In this document: positions 1 through 8,198 of the stretch, piece after piece
How positions within the stretch are numbered: position 1 is the stretch's first letter
How the letters are laid out: each line of letters starts with the position of its first letter
Made by a program: the position numbers and the translations under genes
Source: Candidatus Fraserbacteria bacterium
Lineage (GTDB): Bacteria; Bipolaricaulota; Bipolaricaulia; RBG-16-55-9
NCBI GenBank assembly: GCA_037443265.1
Contig: JBBIOR010000013.1
Location: forward strand, 12,192 to 47,376
Direction of reading: 5' to 3'
Length of the DNA: 35,185 nucleotides
Notes under the pieces: model-generated
The model's database searches: none
What the model was told of the DNA's origin: nothing
What the model saw: the letters and a program-made list of their open reading frames with translations, nothing else

Positions 1-726
1 GGCCAGGCTTCTGCCCACCAGCGGCGAATCTTCCAATACGACGACTTCGGTGAGGAAGGGCTTGACTTGATAGCTCTCGGTGATCTCGGCCTCCGTTCGA
101 TGGGTGGGGAGCAGGTGGCGGCCGATCAGAAGAAGATAGAGCACTCCGGTGGCAAAGATCACCAGGCCGATCTTGGAGAACTCGAACATGCCGAAGGCTC
201 CCCATCCGAGCTTTTGCGAGAGCGAGCTGGCCAAGATATTCGTGGACGTGCCGATGAGGGTGACTACCCCTGCCAGTTGAGAGGTGTACGAGAGAGGGAT
301 GAGCAACTTCGAAGAAGCTCTCTTCTTCTCGCGGGCCAGGGCGATCACCAGCGGGATGAGAATGGCTACGGTAGCCGTGTTGTTGATGAAGGCGGAGATC
401 GGCCCGACGGTGAGCATGAGGGTGAGGAGCTGGCGGACCTCGCTGTCGCCGGCCAGGCGAGTGATGCGCCGTGCCAGAAGATGAATCGCTCCCGAGCGAT
501 AGAGGCCCCCGCTTAAGATGAACATGGCCAAGACGGTAATGGTGGCCGGGTTGCTGAAGCCGGAGAGCGCGTCTTGGATCTCTAGGGGAAGAATCTTGGC
601 CGAGGCCAGCGCGAGAAAGAGGGCCATGATGGCAAAGGCCACAAAATCGACGGAGAAGAGCTCCAGCGCAAAGACCACCAGGACCAGCAGGATGATGAGG
701 AGGACCAGGGCGATCTCCAAGGTCAT
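1..726 (-). CDS. SLC13/DASS-type (citrate/sulfate:cation symporter-like) permease with TrkA-C domain, partial (runs off the left edge)
   Basis: Absent from the ORF track. My translation from ATG 726 gives MTLEIALVLLIILLVLVVFALELFSVDFVAF...ALSGFSNPATITVLAMFILSGGL...SAFINNTATVAILIP...KLLIPLSY...VTLIGTSTNIL...EVVVLEDSPLVGRSLA, open to position 1. The GFSNPA, SAFxNNT and LIGTSTN motifs and the start of a TrkA-C domain are typical of the family. Confidence 0.85.
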   Translation of the reverse strand, partial: MTLEIALVLLIILLVLVVFALELFSVDFVAFAIMALFLALASAKILPLEIQDALSGFSNPATITVLAMFILSGGLYRSGAIHLLARRITRLAGDSEVRQLLTLMLTVGPISAFINNTATVAILIPLVIALAREKKRASSKLLIPLSYTSQLAGVVTLIGTSTNILASSLSQKLGWGAFGMFEFSKIGLVIFATGVLYLLLIGRHLLPTHRTEAEITESYQVKPFLTEVVVLEDSPLVGRSLA

Positions 727-734
727 GGCGTTCT

Positions 735-763
735 AGCATAAGGAAGCGCTCGCCGGGGGTCAA
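735..763 (-). promoter_or_regulatory. sigma70-type promoter of the permease (leaderless-type)
   Basis: TTGACC-17 bp-TATGCT, then only 8 nt to the ATG at 726; no SD sequence. Confidence 0.7.
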
Positions 764-767
764 TGCA

Positions 768-809
768 TTAAAAGGGAGGGCGGGACGGCCCCCTCTGAGA
801 CCGTCCCGC
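768..809 (-). terminator. GC-rich hairpin, possible intrinsic terminator downstream of the M3 peptidase
   Basis: Perfect 9-bp stem GCGGGACGG (780-788) / CCGTCCCGC (801-809), followed on the minus strand by CCTCCCTTTTAA. The U-tract is short and offset from the stem. Confidence 0.45.
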
Positions 810-899
810 GGGAAAGGGGGTTCCTTCCAGGGATGAGGCTCCTAGAACATAAGAACACCCTCCCTCAAAATCTGTAAGCCCTCTTACACAAAAGATCCC

Positions 900-2618
900 C
901 TATGAGAGATGGAAGGCTCTTCTTAGGCCCGCTGCAGCACTCCCCACGGCGCTAGATCCGAAGTCGAACGATAGGCTGGCCGCCTGGAAGAGCTCAGGCA
1001 GCGGCCTAGTCCCCCCCAGCGCCAGAGCCTTCCGATAGGCACGCACGGCCTCCGCTCTTTTCTGCTGCGCCCGCAGCCAGATCCCCAGCGCCCCCAGCTG
1101 AGCAATCCCATATTCAATATAATAGAACGGATGCAGGAAGAGATGGAGTTGGCGATGCCAAGCGGCCCGCAGCGCCTCTTCATAGCCCTCCCAGCTCTCA
1201 ATCCCCCCAAAGCGCTCATGGAGCTTGAGCCACTGCTGCTCACGCTCCGCCCGAGAATGCTTAGGATGAGTGTAGATCCAGTGCTGGAAGGCATCGATGG
1301 TCGCAATCCAAGCGAGAATCCTCACAATACCCTCCAGATGCTCTCTCCTGGAGCGCTCTGCTTCTTGCGGGGAATAGAAGACTTCCAGATAGGGTGAACT
1401 TAAAAGCTCCATGCCCATCGAAGCTACCTCGCAGAATTCAATGGGCGCGTGGCGATAGAAGTGAAGCGGCTCCTGGCGGGTGGCGAAGGTGTGGAAGGCG
1501 TGGCCCCCCTCGTGCAGGAGCGTCCGCACGTCGCTATCGCGCCCCACGGCATTCATGAAGATGAACGGTAGACGCCGCTCCGCCAGCGTGGCCTGATATC
1601 CCCCAGGGGCCTTGCCCTTGCGGCTCTCCAGCTCCAGAAGCCCCAGCTCGGCCATCTGCCGAAACTGTTCGCCCAGCTCCGGGTCCACCTGCTCAAAGAT
1701 CTCCCGACAGCCCTCGACGAGTTCATTCGCTGTGGAAAAGGGCCGAAGAGGAGGGCGTCCTTGAGGATCGACGTTCAAGTCCCAGGGGCGAAGCTGCTTG
1801 AGGCCCATCTGTCGTTGCCTCTTGTGCTGAAGCTCCCTCATCAGCGGGACAATGTATTGTTCGACTGCCTCGTGGAAGCGGAAGCAATCTTCCGGCGTAT
1901 AATCGAAGCGCTCGTATTTGCGAAAGACGAAATCGCGATAGTTCGAAAATCCGGCGTTCTGGGCGATCTTATGACGCCGTGCAATCAGTTCATCGTAGAT
2001 CTCATCAAGCTCCCCTCGGTCTTGCAGGCGGCGCTCGGCAATCAGCTCCCAAGCCTCGCGGCGCACATCTTGAGAGAGCTCTTCCAGATAGCGGGCCATC
2101 TGTTGGAGCGTCTGCTCCTTGCCGTCGTAGCTTACAGTCATGGCCCCGCAGATCTTCTGATACCGCTGGCCCAGTTTGTCATCCTCGGTCTCTAAGGGCA
2201 CGTTCTCTTTGCGAAAGAGAGCGACGGCATTTGCAAATTTGCGATCGAGCACCTCATAGCGTCTCTTAGGCAGCTTGGCACGCGCCGGGCTCGATAGATA
2301 TTTCTCCTGCAGACGATGGAAGCGCGGCTTAAGAAGCGGCTCGATCTCCTCGATGAACTGCAAATAGGCCCGTTCATACTCGGGGTTGTCCGTCTGGCAC
2401 GTCATGCGAATGTGCCGAATGGAGCCCTCTTCATAGAGGGCCGAGGCCAGTTCCGACTGATCCAATAGCCAACTCTCCAGGTCTTCTCGGCTGCCCAGCG
2501 GACGCCTCTCCAGATCATCGAAGAGCGGCTCAATCTCTGCCCAGTCGCCTAAATTGAGCCTCTCCGGTACAAAGCGCCGGGGATACTCGCGCGGCAATCT
2601 TGCAAAATCTAAGGCCAT
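900..2618 (-). CDS. M3 family oligoendopeptidase (PepF-like)
   Basis: HEGGH zinc motif, GKAPGGY, FCEVASMGMEL, HLFLHPFYYIEY. The true start is MALDFARL at 2618 with AGGAGG 6 nt upstream. The ORF-track extension to 2894 overlaps pspA. Confidence 0.92.
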   Translation of the reverse strand: MALDFARLPREYPRRFVPERLNLGDWAEIEPLFDDLERRPLGSREDLESWLLDQSELASALYEEGSIRHIRMTCQTDNPEYERAYLQFIEEIEPLLKPRFHRLQEKYLSSPARAKLPKRRYEVLDRKFANAVALFRKENVPLETEDDKLGQRYQKICGAMTVSYDGKEQTLQQMARYLEELSQDVRREAWELIAERRLQDRGELDEIYDELIARRHKIAQNAGFSNYRDFVFRKYERFDYTPEDCFRFHEAVEQYIVPLMRELQHKRQRQMGLKQLRPWDLNVDPQGRPPLRPFSTANELVEGCREIFEQVDPELGEQFRQMAELGLLELESRKGKAPGGYQATLAERRLPFIFMNAVGRDSDVRTLLHEGGHAFHTFATRQEPLHFYRHAPIEFCEVASMGMELLSSPYLEVFYSPQEAERSRREHLEGIVRILAWIATIDAFQHWIYTHPKHSRAEREQQWLKLHERFGGIESWEGYEEALRAAWHRQLHLFLHPFYYIEYGIAQLGALGIWLRAQQKRAEAVRAYRKALALGGTRPLPELFQAASLSFDFGSSAVGSAAAGLRRAFHLS

Positions 2619-2649
2619 TTCAGACCTCCTAACGTCCCATTTGAGATGG

Positions 2650-2678
2650 AATATACCATGGGCGAGGCCAGGGCGCAA
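2650..2678 (-). promoter_or_regulatory. promoter of the M3 peptidase
   Basis: TTGCGC-17 bp-TATATT with an extended TGn; divergent from the pspA promoter. Confidence 0.55.
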
Positions 2679-2690
2679 AATACGCCGAGA

Positions 2691-2719
2691 TTGACACTTC
2701 TGGAAGCAGTCTTTATACT
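2691..2719 (+). promoter_or_regulatory. near-consensus sigma70 promoter of the pspA operon
   Basis: TTGACA-17 bp-TATACT, followed by AGGAGG/GGAGG SD sequences and the ATG at 2743. Confidence 0.75.
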
Positions 2720-2742
2720 CCTCCCATAGGAGGGAGGGCACC

Positions 2743-3450
2743 ATGCTACAGCGACTCTGGACGGTGCTGCGCTCATTCTTCGGGGCGCTTTTGCGCCGGG
2801 CGGAAGATCCAGAACTGCTGCTCCGCCAATATATGGACGATCTGCGGGCGAAGCTGCCCAAGCTGCGAGCCACCGTGGCCGAAGTGATGGCCACCGAGAT
2901 TCAATTACAGCAGCAAGCCGATCATCTCAAGAGACAGATCGAAGATTTTGACAAGCAGATTGTGGCGGCCCTCAAGCTGGGCTATGAAGAAGAGGCCAAG
3001 ACGCTGATCGCCGCCAAGGCGATGGCCGAAGAGAGTCTGCAAGACACCCAAGAGCAACTTTTGACGGCCCAGAAGGCCTCCGAGCAGGCGAAGAAGGCCC
3101 TGGAAGATTATCAGCGCGAGATGGAGCCGAAGATCGCAGAGGCCAAGCGCTTAATTGGCCAAGCGAAGTTGGCACAAATGCAGCAAGAGCTGGCCGGGCT
3201 GATGACGGCCTTTGAGATAGGCCAGCCCACGGACGTCCTAGAACGCATGCGGGAGAAGGTGGCGGAGCGGACGGCTCGGGCCCAAGCGCGCGTGGAACTG
3301 GCCACTACCGGCGTGGACGTGCGTCTTCGGGAGATCCGCCGGGCCACCGCCCAGATCGGAGTTGAAGAACAATTGACCGAATACAAGCGCCGGCTGGGGA
3401 TGCTCCCCGCCCCAGAGGCCCCAACCGGCAGCGGCAAGCCGCCTCAATAG
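2743..3450 (+). CDS. pspA: PspA/IM30 (Vipp1, ESCRT-III-like) family protein
   Basis: N-terminal amphipathic helix followed by AEDPELLLRQYMDDL, long coiled coil, ERMREKV...ARAQA, and VEEQLTEYKRRLG at the C-terminus; 235 aa. Confidence 0.88.
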   Translation: MLQRLWTVLRSFFGALLRRAEDPELLLRQYMDDLRAKLPKLRATVAEVMATEIQLQQQADHLKRQIEDFDKQIVAALKLGYEEEAKTLIAAKAMAEESLQDTQEQLLTAQKASEQAKKALEDYQREMEPKIAEAKRLIGQAKLAQMQQELAGLMTAFEIGQPTDVLERMREKVAERTARAQARVELATTGVDVRLREIRRATAQIGVEEQLTEYKRRLGMLPAPEAPTGSGKPPQ

Positions 3451-3466
3451 ATTCGTTCCGGCTAAG

Positions 3467-4000
3467 ATGAAATGCCCCCGTTGTGGCCTGATTGTGAAGG
3501 ACCGCCTGCCCCAGTGTCGCGGCTGCGGGTTCCGCATCGAGCAGTTGGATCGCAAGCTCAAAGCTGTCCCGAAGAGGATCGGCTTTGTCAACGACTGGGC
3601 CGGGATGCTCTCCCCCCAAGAGAAGAGTCAACTGGAAGACCGTCTCGCTCACTGGCAAAGAGAATTGGGCGGTGAATTGGTGGTGGCGACGGTGAAGTCC
3701 ACCAGACCCGCCAAGCCTGCGGAGTATGCCTTCTGGCTCTTCAATCGCTGGCAGATAGGCGGCGAGACCCATGCGGGTTTATTAATCTTGCTGGCCCAAA
3801 AGGAGCGCCGCATTGAGTGCGAGGTGGGCTACGCTTGGGAGCCGATCCTCTCGGATTTAGAGTCAGGCCGAGTGTTAGATGAGTGCGTGCTTCCCCGCTT
3901 AAAAGAGGGCCAAATCTACGAAGCTCTCAGGCAGGGCCTGGAGCAGTGCGCCCAGATCATTCAGCAGGTTGCCTTACCCAAACCGGGTCCTTCTTCGTGA
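3467..4000 (+). CDS. TPM-domain protein with N-terminal Zn ribbon, apparently soluble
   Basis: CPRC...CRGC followed by a TPM core (VNDWAGML, ELVVATV, LFNRWQIG, GLLILLA..ERRIECEVGY). No signal peptide or TM helix seen. Confidence 0.82.
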   Translation: MKCPRCGLIVKDRLPQCRGCGFRIEQLDRKLKAVPKRIGFVNDWAGMLSPQEKSQLEDRLAHWQRELGGELVVATVKSTRPAKPAEYAFWLFNRWQIGGETHAGLLILLAQKERRIECEVGYAWEPILSDLESGRVLDECVLPRLKEGQIYEALRQGLEQCAQIIQQVALPKPGPSS

Positions 4001-4011
4001 GGGCGAAAGCC

Positions 4012-5148
4012 ATGCGACTATCAGAGTTCTTCTGCCGGCTGTCAGCTCTGATCGCACTGGCGCTTGTTGTCGCCTGGGCTTGGGCGTTTGTTCCAGAAAT
4101 CTGGGCCCAGAGGCCGGAGGATGTGCCCAACCCTAGGGCATGGAACGCCTGGGTGAGCGATATGGCCAATGTGATTGACGACAAGACGGAGCAAGAGCTC
4201 AATGCCCTGCTCGACTCCCTCAAGCGCCAGACCGGCGCAGAGATCGCTGTGGTCACGATTCGACGCGCGCAAGGCCGCGCACCCAAGGACTTTGCGACCG
4301 AACTGTTCAATCGCTGGCAGATCGGAGAACGCGGGCGAGATAATGGGGTACTGGTCTTGCTCTCGGTGGAGGATCGCCGCATTGAGGTGGAGACCGGCTA
4401 TGGCGTGGAGCCCTTCTTGCCCGATGGCAAAATAGGCGAGATTTTAGATGAGCATGTGCTCCCGCGCTTGCGGCAGGGCGATTATAGTGGAGGTCTTTTA
4501 GCGGGAGTGCGGGCCATGATCGCGGTGCTTCAGGGTGCCAGCTGGGATGGGGATAGGGTGCCCAAAGAGGGGCGAGGATTTCCCTTGGGCACACTGGTGC
4601 TCCTGCTGATTGCGGCAGCCGCAGGCTATGGCCTGTGGCGCTCCAAAAGACGCCTCTGTCCCCAGTGTAATAGGCCCATGCGACGGCTGACAGAAGAGCA
4701 AGACGATGCGTATCTAGAATATGCGCAGAGATTTGAAGAGGAGCTTGGCAGTGTGGACTATCGCGTCTGGCGCTGTGACGATTGCCAGATCAACCACATC
4801 GAGCCCGCGACCCGCTGGTTCAGCGGCTATGAAGAATGCCCGCAGTGTGGCCACCGGACTCTCTCGATAAGATCGTACAGGCTGCGCGAACCCACCTACG
4901 AGCACGCGGGAGTAGAAGAGACCGTCCGCTCGTGTAGCTTCCCCAAATGCCGCTATGAGACTGTCAAGCGGCATCGCATCCCACGCTTGGAGCGTCCTCC
5001 TGTGATCATCGTCCCCGGTAGTGGGGGCTCTTGGAGAGGTTCTTTGGGGTCAGGCGGCTGGCGAGGCGGAGGCCTGGGACTGGGAGGAGGAGGAGGGAGC
5101 TTCGGCGGCGGCCGATCCGGAGGGGGCGGGGCCGGACGCAGCTTCTAA
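4012..5148 (+). CDS. TPM-domain membrane protein with C-terminal Zn ribbons and Gly-rich tail
   Basis: Signal peptide from ATG 4012; TPM core (VSDMANVID, EIAVVTI, LFNRWQIG..GRDNGVLVLLS.EDRRIEVETGYGVE..LPD); TM helix; CPQC, CDDC, CPQC and CSFPKC; tail GGGSFGGGRSGGGGAGRSF. Confidence 0.88.
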   Translation: MRLSEFFCRLSALIALALVVAWAWAFVPEIWAQRPEDVPNPRAWNAWVSDMANVIDDKTEQELNALLDSLKRQTGAEIAVVTIRRAQGRAPKDFATELFNRWQIGERGRDNGVLVLLSVEDRRIEVETGYGVEPFLPDGKIGEILDEHVLPRLRQGDYSGGLLAGVRAMIAVLQGASWDGDRVPKEGRGFPLGTLVLLLIAAAAGYGLWRSKRRLCPQCNRPMRRLTEEQDDAYLEYAQRFEEELGSVDYRVWRCDDCQINHIEPATRWFSGYEECPQCGHRTLSIRSYRLREPTYEHAGVEETVRSCSFPKCRYETVKRHRIPRLERPPVIIVPGSGGSWRGSLGSGGWRGGGLGLGGGGGSFGGGRSGGGGAGRSF

Positions 5149-5154
5149 TCTAAA

Positions 5155-5904
5155 ATGAAGAGAGAGATGACTGACTCCAAGGAGCGCCTATCTCAAGAAG
5201 GCTTCACCGAGGAAGAAGTCGATGCCATTTTGCAGCGGGCGGCAGAGCTGCAAAGCCGGGCCGAGCGGGCTGAGTACCTCTCGCTCTCGCCCGAGGCCTT
5301 AAAGCAGGGAGCCGGGGCCGCGGGTATCCCTGAAGAATTGGTCGAGCAGGCCATCCGCGAGCTTAAGGCCGAGCGCGAGCAGAAGGCCGCTCGCCGCGCG
5401 GCCCGCCAGCACACATGGACCATAGCCGGCATCCTGCTGGGAGGCTTCCTGCTCCTCTCGGCCTTCTACAGCTACGGGGCGCTTAGCAGCCGGCTGGCCG
5501 AAGTGGAGCAAAGACGAGCCCAGTTAGAAAATGTGCTGCAGAGGCGCCAAGACCTGCTACAGAACCTCATGCCGCTGGCCAAAGAATCCGCTTCTAGCGA
5601 GCGCCAACTGTTAGCTTCCATCGAAGGGCTGATCGAGCAATTACAGCAAGCCAAGAGGCTCGAGGAGCGTCAGGCTCTGGAACAGAAGTTGAGCGAAGCG
5701 GCGAGCCGGCTGGGCACGGTTCTTTCCGGATTCCGGGACGAGATCGCCGGAGCAGAGAATCGCATTGCCGTAGAGCGCCAGCGCTACAATGAGGCCGTAG
5801 CTTCCTATAATAGAGCGGCCCGCAGCTTCCCCGTCTCTCTCATCCGGCCGCTTTTGGGATTTCCCGCCCGCTTGCCCTCCTTCCAGCAACCGGAGAGTCG
5901 CTGA
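5155..5904 (+). CDS. atypical LemA-family membrane protein with extra N-terminal helical domain
   Basis: After a TM helix: QLENVLQRRQDLLQNL and EIAGAENRIAVERQRYNEAVASYN...FP..LI..LLGF, both LemA hallmarks. About 85 aa precede the TM. An alternative start lies at 5167. Confidence 0.75.
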   Translation: MKREMTDSKERLSQEGFTEEEVDAILQRAAELQSRAERAEYLSLSPEALKQGAGAAGIPEELVEQAIRELKAEREQKAARRAARQHTWTIAGILLGGFLLLSAFYSYGALSSRLAEVEQRRAQLENVLQRRQDLLQNLMPLAKESASSERQLLASIEGLIEQLQQAKRLEERQALEQKLSEAASRLGTVLSGFRDEIAGAENRIAVERQRYNEAVASYNRAARSFPVSLIRPLLGFPARLPSFQQPESR

Positions 5905-5907
5905 GGC

Positions 5908-6417
5908 TCAAGGTGTCTTCTGCTGAAGGCCCTGCCATAAACATCGCACGTACACGATCTGTCCAGCGTGATAAAGATAATGCTCGATCATCATCTGGAA
6001 GAACTCTTCCAGGGTGCGCTCGCCTCTGCCCTCGGGAGTAGGATATGTGTGAGAAAGCTCTTCGTCTGTCAGAGAATCGAGCGCTTGCCGGAGGGCGCCA
6101 TAGCCCTCCTCGGCCAGCTTAAGGGCCGCTGGAAGATCTCCTCCTTCGGCCGAGAAGCGCGCTTGCAGCTCCTCCCAGCTCAGTCTGCGATGGCCCAGCG
6201 CCTGATCCAGCTGATAGAGACTGTCGCCCCCCACGTGGAAGACGATCTCTAGAATAGACCCTCTCATCCAGGGGAAGCCTTGATAGGCCGGAGGAATCCA
6301 GAGGGCTTCTTCGGGCCGAATGCCCTTGAGAGCGGATTTGAAGGAGTGCCAGCGGCTCTCCTCATAAGCCGACTTAAGAGCTCGCTTCAGCTGCTCGATG
6401 ATGATCTGTGAGGCCAT
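5908..6417 (-). CDS. DinB/YfiT-family (bacillithiol/mycothiol transferase-like) metalloprotein
   Basis: SILEIVFHV and MIEHYLYHAGQI His motifs; 169 aa, helical. Confidence 0.8.
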   Translation of the reverse strand: MASQIIIEQLKRALKSAYEESRWHSFKSALKGIRPEEALWIPPAYQGFPWMRGSILEIVFHVGGDSLYQLDQALGHRRLSWEELQARFSAEGGDLPAALKLAEEGYGALRQALDSLTDEELSHTYPTPEGRGERTLEEFFQMMIEHYLYHAGQIVYVRCLWQGLQQKTP

Positions 6418-6428
6418 GGCTTTCGCTC

Positions 6429-6457
6429 ATTCTAGAAAGGGCTGCCCTGGGAGTCAA
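6429..6457 (-). promoter_or_regulatory. promoter of the DinB gene (very short leader)
   Basis: TTGACT-17 bp-TAGAAT, 11 nt to ATG 6417. Confidence 0.65.
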
Positions 6458-6463
6458 ATCCCC

Positions 6464-6493
6464 TTGACGTGTAGGGGAGGGTCTTCATATAAT
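6464..6493 (+). promoter_or_regulatory. promoter of tRNA-Pro
   Basis: TTGACG-18 bp-TATAAT, 11 nt upstream of the tRNA. Confidence 0.75.
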
Positions 6494-6504
6494 GCAAAGA
6501 GCTG

Positions 6505-6578
6505 CGGAGAGTGGCGCAGTCGGCTAGCGCGCACGGTTTGGGACCGTGAGGTCGCCGGTTCGAATCCGGCCTCTCCGA
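6505..6578 (+). tRNA. tRNA-Pro (anticodon TGG)
   Basis: Acceptor stem CGGAGAG/CTCTCCG, anticodon arm CACGG-TTTGGGA-CCGTG, T-arm GCCGG-TTCGAAT-CCGGC; followed by CCT. Confidence 0.96.
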
Positions 6579-6602
6579 CCTGAGGCTTAATCCATCTCCC
6601 GC

Positions 6603-6632
6603 TTGTCAAGTACTCCCACGATGCGCTACGAT
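6603..6632 (+). promoter_or_regulatory. probable dnaX promoter (leaderless-type)
   Basis: TTGTCA-18 bp-TACGAT, 9 nt to ATG 6642; no SD. Confidence 0.55.
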
Positions 6633-6641
6633 CATTGAGCC

Positions 6642-8198
6642 ATGAGCCGGCAGATTCCCGTACATCAAGCGCTCTATCGCAAGTGGCGGCCCCAGAGATT
6701 TTCAGAGGTCGTCGGCCAGCCCTACACCGTCCAGACGCTCAAAAACGCCATCGCTCAGGGCAAGATCACCCATGCGTATCTCTTCGCCGGCCCGCGCGGC
6801 ACAGGCAAGACGAGTGTGGCCCGCATCTTCGCTAAAGCCATCAACTGCCAGAAGCGAAAAGAGGCCGAGCCGTGTAACGAGTGTCCTAGCTGCCAGCGGA
6901 TCACCCGCGGCAGCGCTCTGGATGTCATTGAGATCGACGGCGCTTCCAACCGCGGCATAGATCAAATAAGACAGCTCCGCGAAGAAGTGAATTTTGCGCC
7001 CGCCGAAGGCCGCTACAAAGTCTACATCATCGATGAAGTCCACATGCTCACCAACGAAGCCTTCAATGCGCTGCTTAAAACGCTCGAAGAGCCGCCCGAG
7101 CGGGTCATCTTCATCTTTGCCACCACCGAGCCTCACAAAGTCCCGGCCACGGTGCTCTCCCGCTGCCAGGCCTTCGAATTCAAGAACATCCCGCAAGAGC
7201 AGATCTCTTCCCATCTGGCACAGATCGCCCATCATGAGGGACTTAAGATCGAAGAGGATGCTCTCAGCGCCATCTCCCGCCACGCCCGCGGCGCGCTGCG
7301 CGATGCCCTCGTACTCCTAGAGCAGCTCGTCTCCTTCAAAGGGCTCAAGAGCATTGAAGCTCACGATCTCTATGAGATCCTGGGGCTGCCCCCTCAGGAA
7401 CTGCTCGATGAGTTTCTCAAAGCCCTCCTGGCGGCGGACGGAACGAGAGCCCTCCAACTCATCGCGGATCTGGCTGAGCGCGGACGTGATCTCGAACTCT
7501 TCGTCGAAGAGCTCCTCCATCGCAGTCGCGATCTGCTCATAGAGAAGCTCTCCGCGCAAGCCAGAGAATTTCCTGGCAGCGCTCAAGACCTTGTGCGCCT
7601 GACCGGGCAGCTTTTGGAGATAAAGCAACAGATGCGCTACGCCTTTGAAAAGCGCATGTTTCTAGAGATCAAAGCCCTGGAGCTCGCTCACAGCCAGGGC
7701 AAAGGAGTAAAGTCTCCCCCAGCGCCCACGGCGGAAGCGCCCTCCCCTCCACCAGCACCGCGCGCAACTCCCCTGAAGAAGAGGGCGCCAGCGAGGGCCA
7801 CCCCGGCCGTATCGACTCCCGATCCCCCACCCGAAGAGCCACCCAGAGATTCCACGCCGGAGGGAAGCGATCGTTGGCAGAAGCTTCTCGAACGGGCCAA
7901 GAAGGAGAAGATCGCACTCCACGCCCTTCTGGCCGAGGCCCAGGTCCGCGAGGAAGAAGGCACTCTTAGGATCGAGTACTCACCAGACTTCAGCTTCCAC
8001 AAAGATCGCCTGGAGCAGCCGGAGAACCTTCGATTTTTGCAATCTTTGGCGAAAGAGATCTACGGGAACGTTCAGCTGAAGATCGGCTTCTCAGCAGGGG
8101 AGACTCGCGCAGAAGCGCCTGAAAAATCCAAGGCAGAAGCGCTCCGCGAGAAAGCAGAGTTGGTCCGCCGGACCTTTGACGGCAAGATCGTCGAGTGA
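6642..8198 (+). CDS. dnaX: DNA polymerase III subunit gamma/tau
   Basis: ALYRKWRPQRF, Walker A GPRGTGKTS, Zn module C..PCNECPSC, EIDGASN, IIDEVHML, SRC motif, Pro-rich linker. Confidence 0.97.
   Translation: MSRQIPVHQALYRKWRPQRFSEVVGQPYTVQTLKNAIAQGKITHAYLFAGPRGTGKTSVARIFAKAINCQKRKEAEPCNECPSCQRITRGSALDVIEIDGASNRGIDQIRQLREEVNFAPAEGRYKVYIIDEVHMLTNEAFNALLKTLEEPPERVIFIFATTEPHKVPATVLSRCQAFEFKNIPQEQISSHLAQIAHHEGLKIEEDALSAISRHARGALRDALVLLEQLVSFKGLKSIEAHDLYEILGLPPQELLDEFLKALLAADGTRALQLIADLAERGRDLELFVEELLHRSRDLLIEKLSAQAREFPGSAQDLVRLTGQLLEIKQQMRYAFEKRMFLEIKALELAHSQGKGVKSPPAPTAEAPSPPPAPRATPLKKRAPARATPAVSTPDPPPEEPPRDSTPEGSDRWQKLLERAKKEKIALHALLAEAQVREEEGTLRIEYSPDFSFHKDRLEQPENLRFLQSLAKEIYGNVQLKIGFSAGETRAEAPEKSKAEALREKAELVRRTFDGKIVE

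Noticed and set aside
67..736. Plus-strand ORFs 67-516, 284-484 and 518-736
   Set aside because: They are antisense shadows of the minus-strand permease, which has recognisable motifs and a promoter.
2619..2894. 92-aa N-terminal extension of the M3 peptidase in the ORF track
   Set aside because: It overlaps pspA and both promoters; a good SD and ATG exist at 2618.
5020..5145. G-rich repetitive stretch (GGA/GGC runs)
   Set aside because: It encodes the Gly-rich tail typical of TPM proteins; not a CRISPR array or separate repeat element.
7690..7870. Possible dnaX gamma/tau frameshift or slippage site
   Set aside because: No A6G heptamer or long A/T homopolymer is visible in the linker region.
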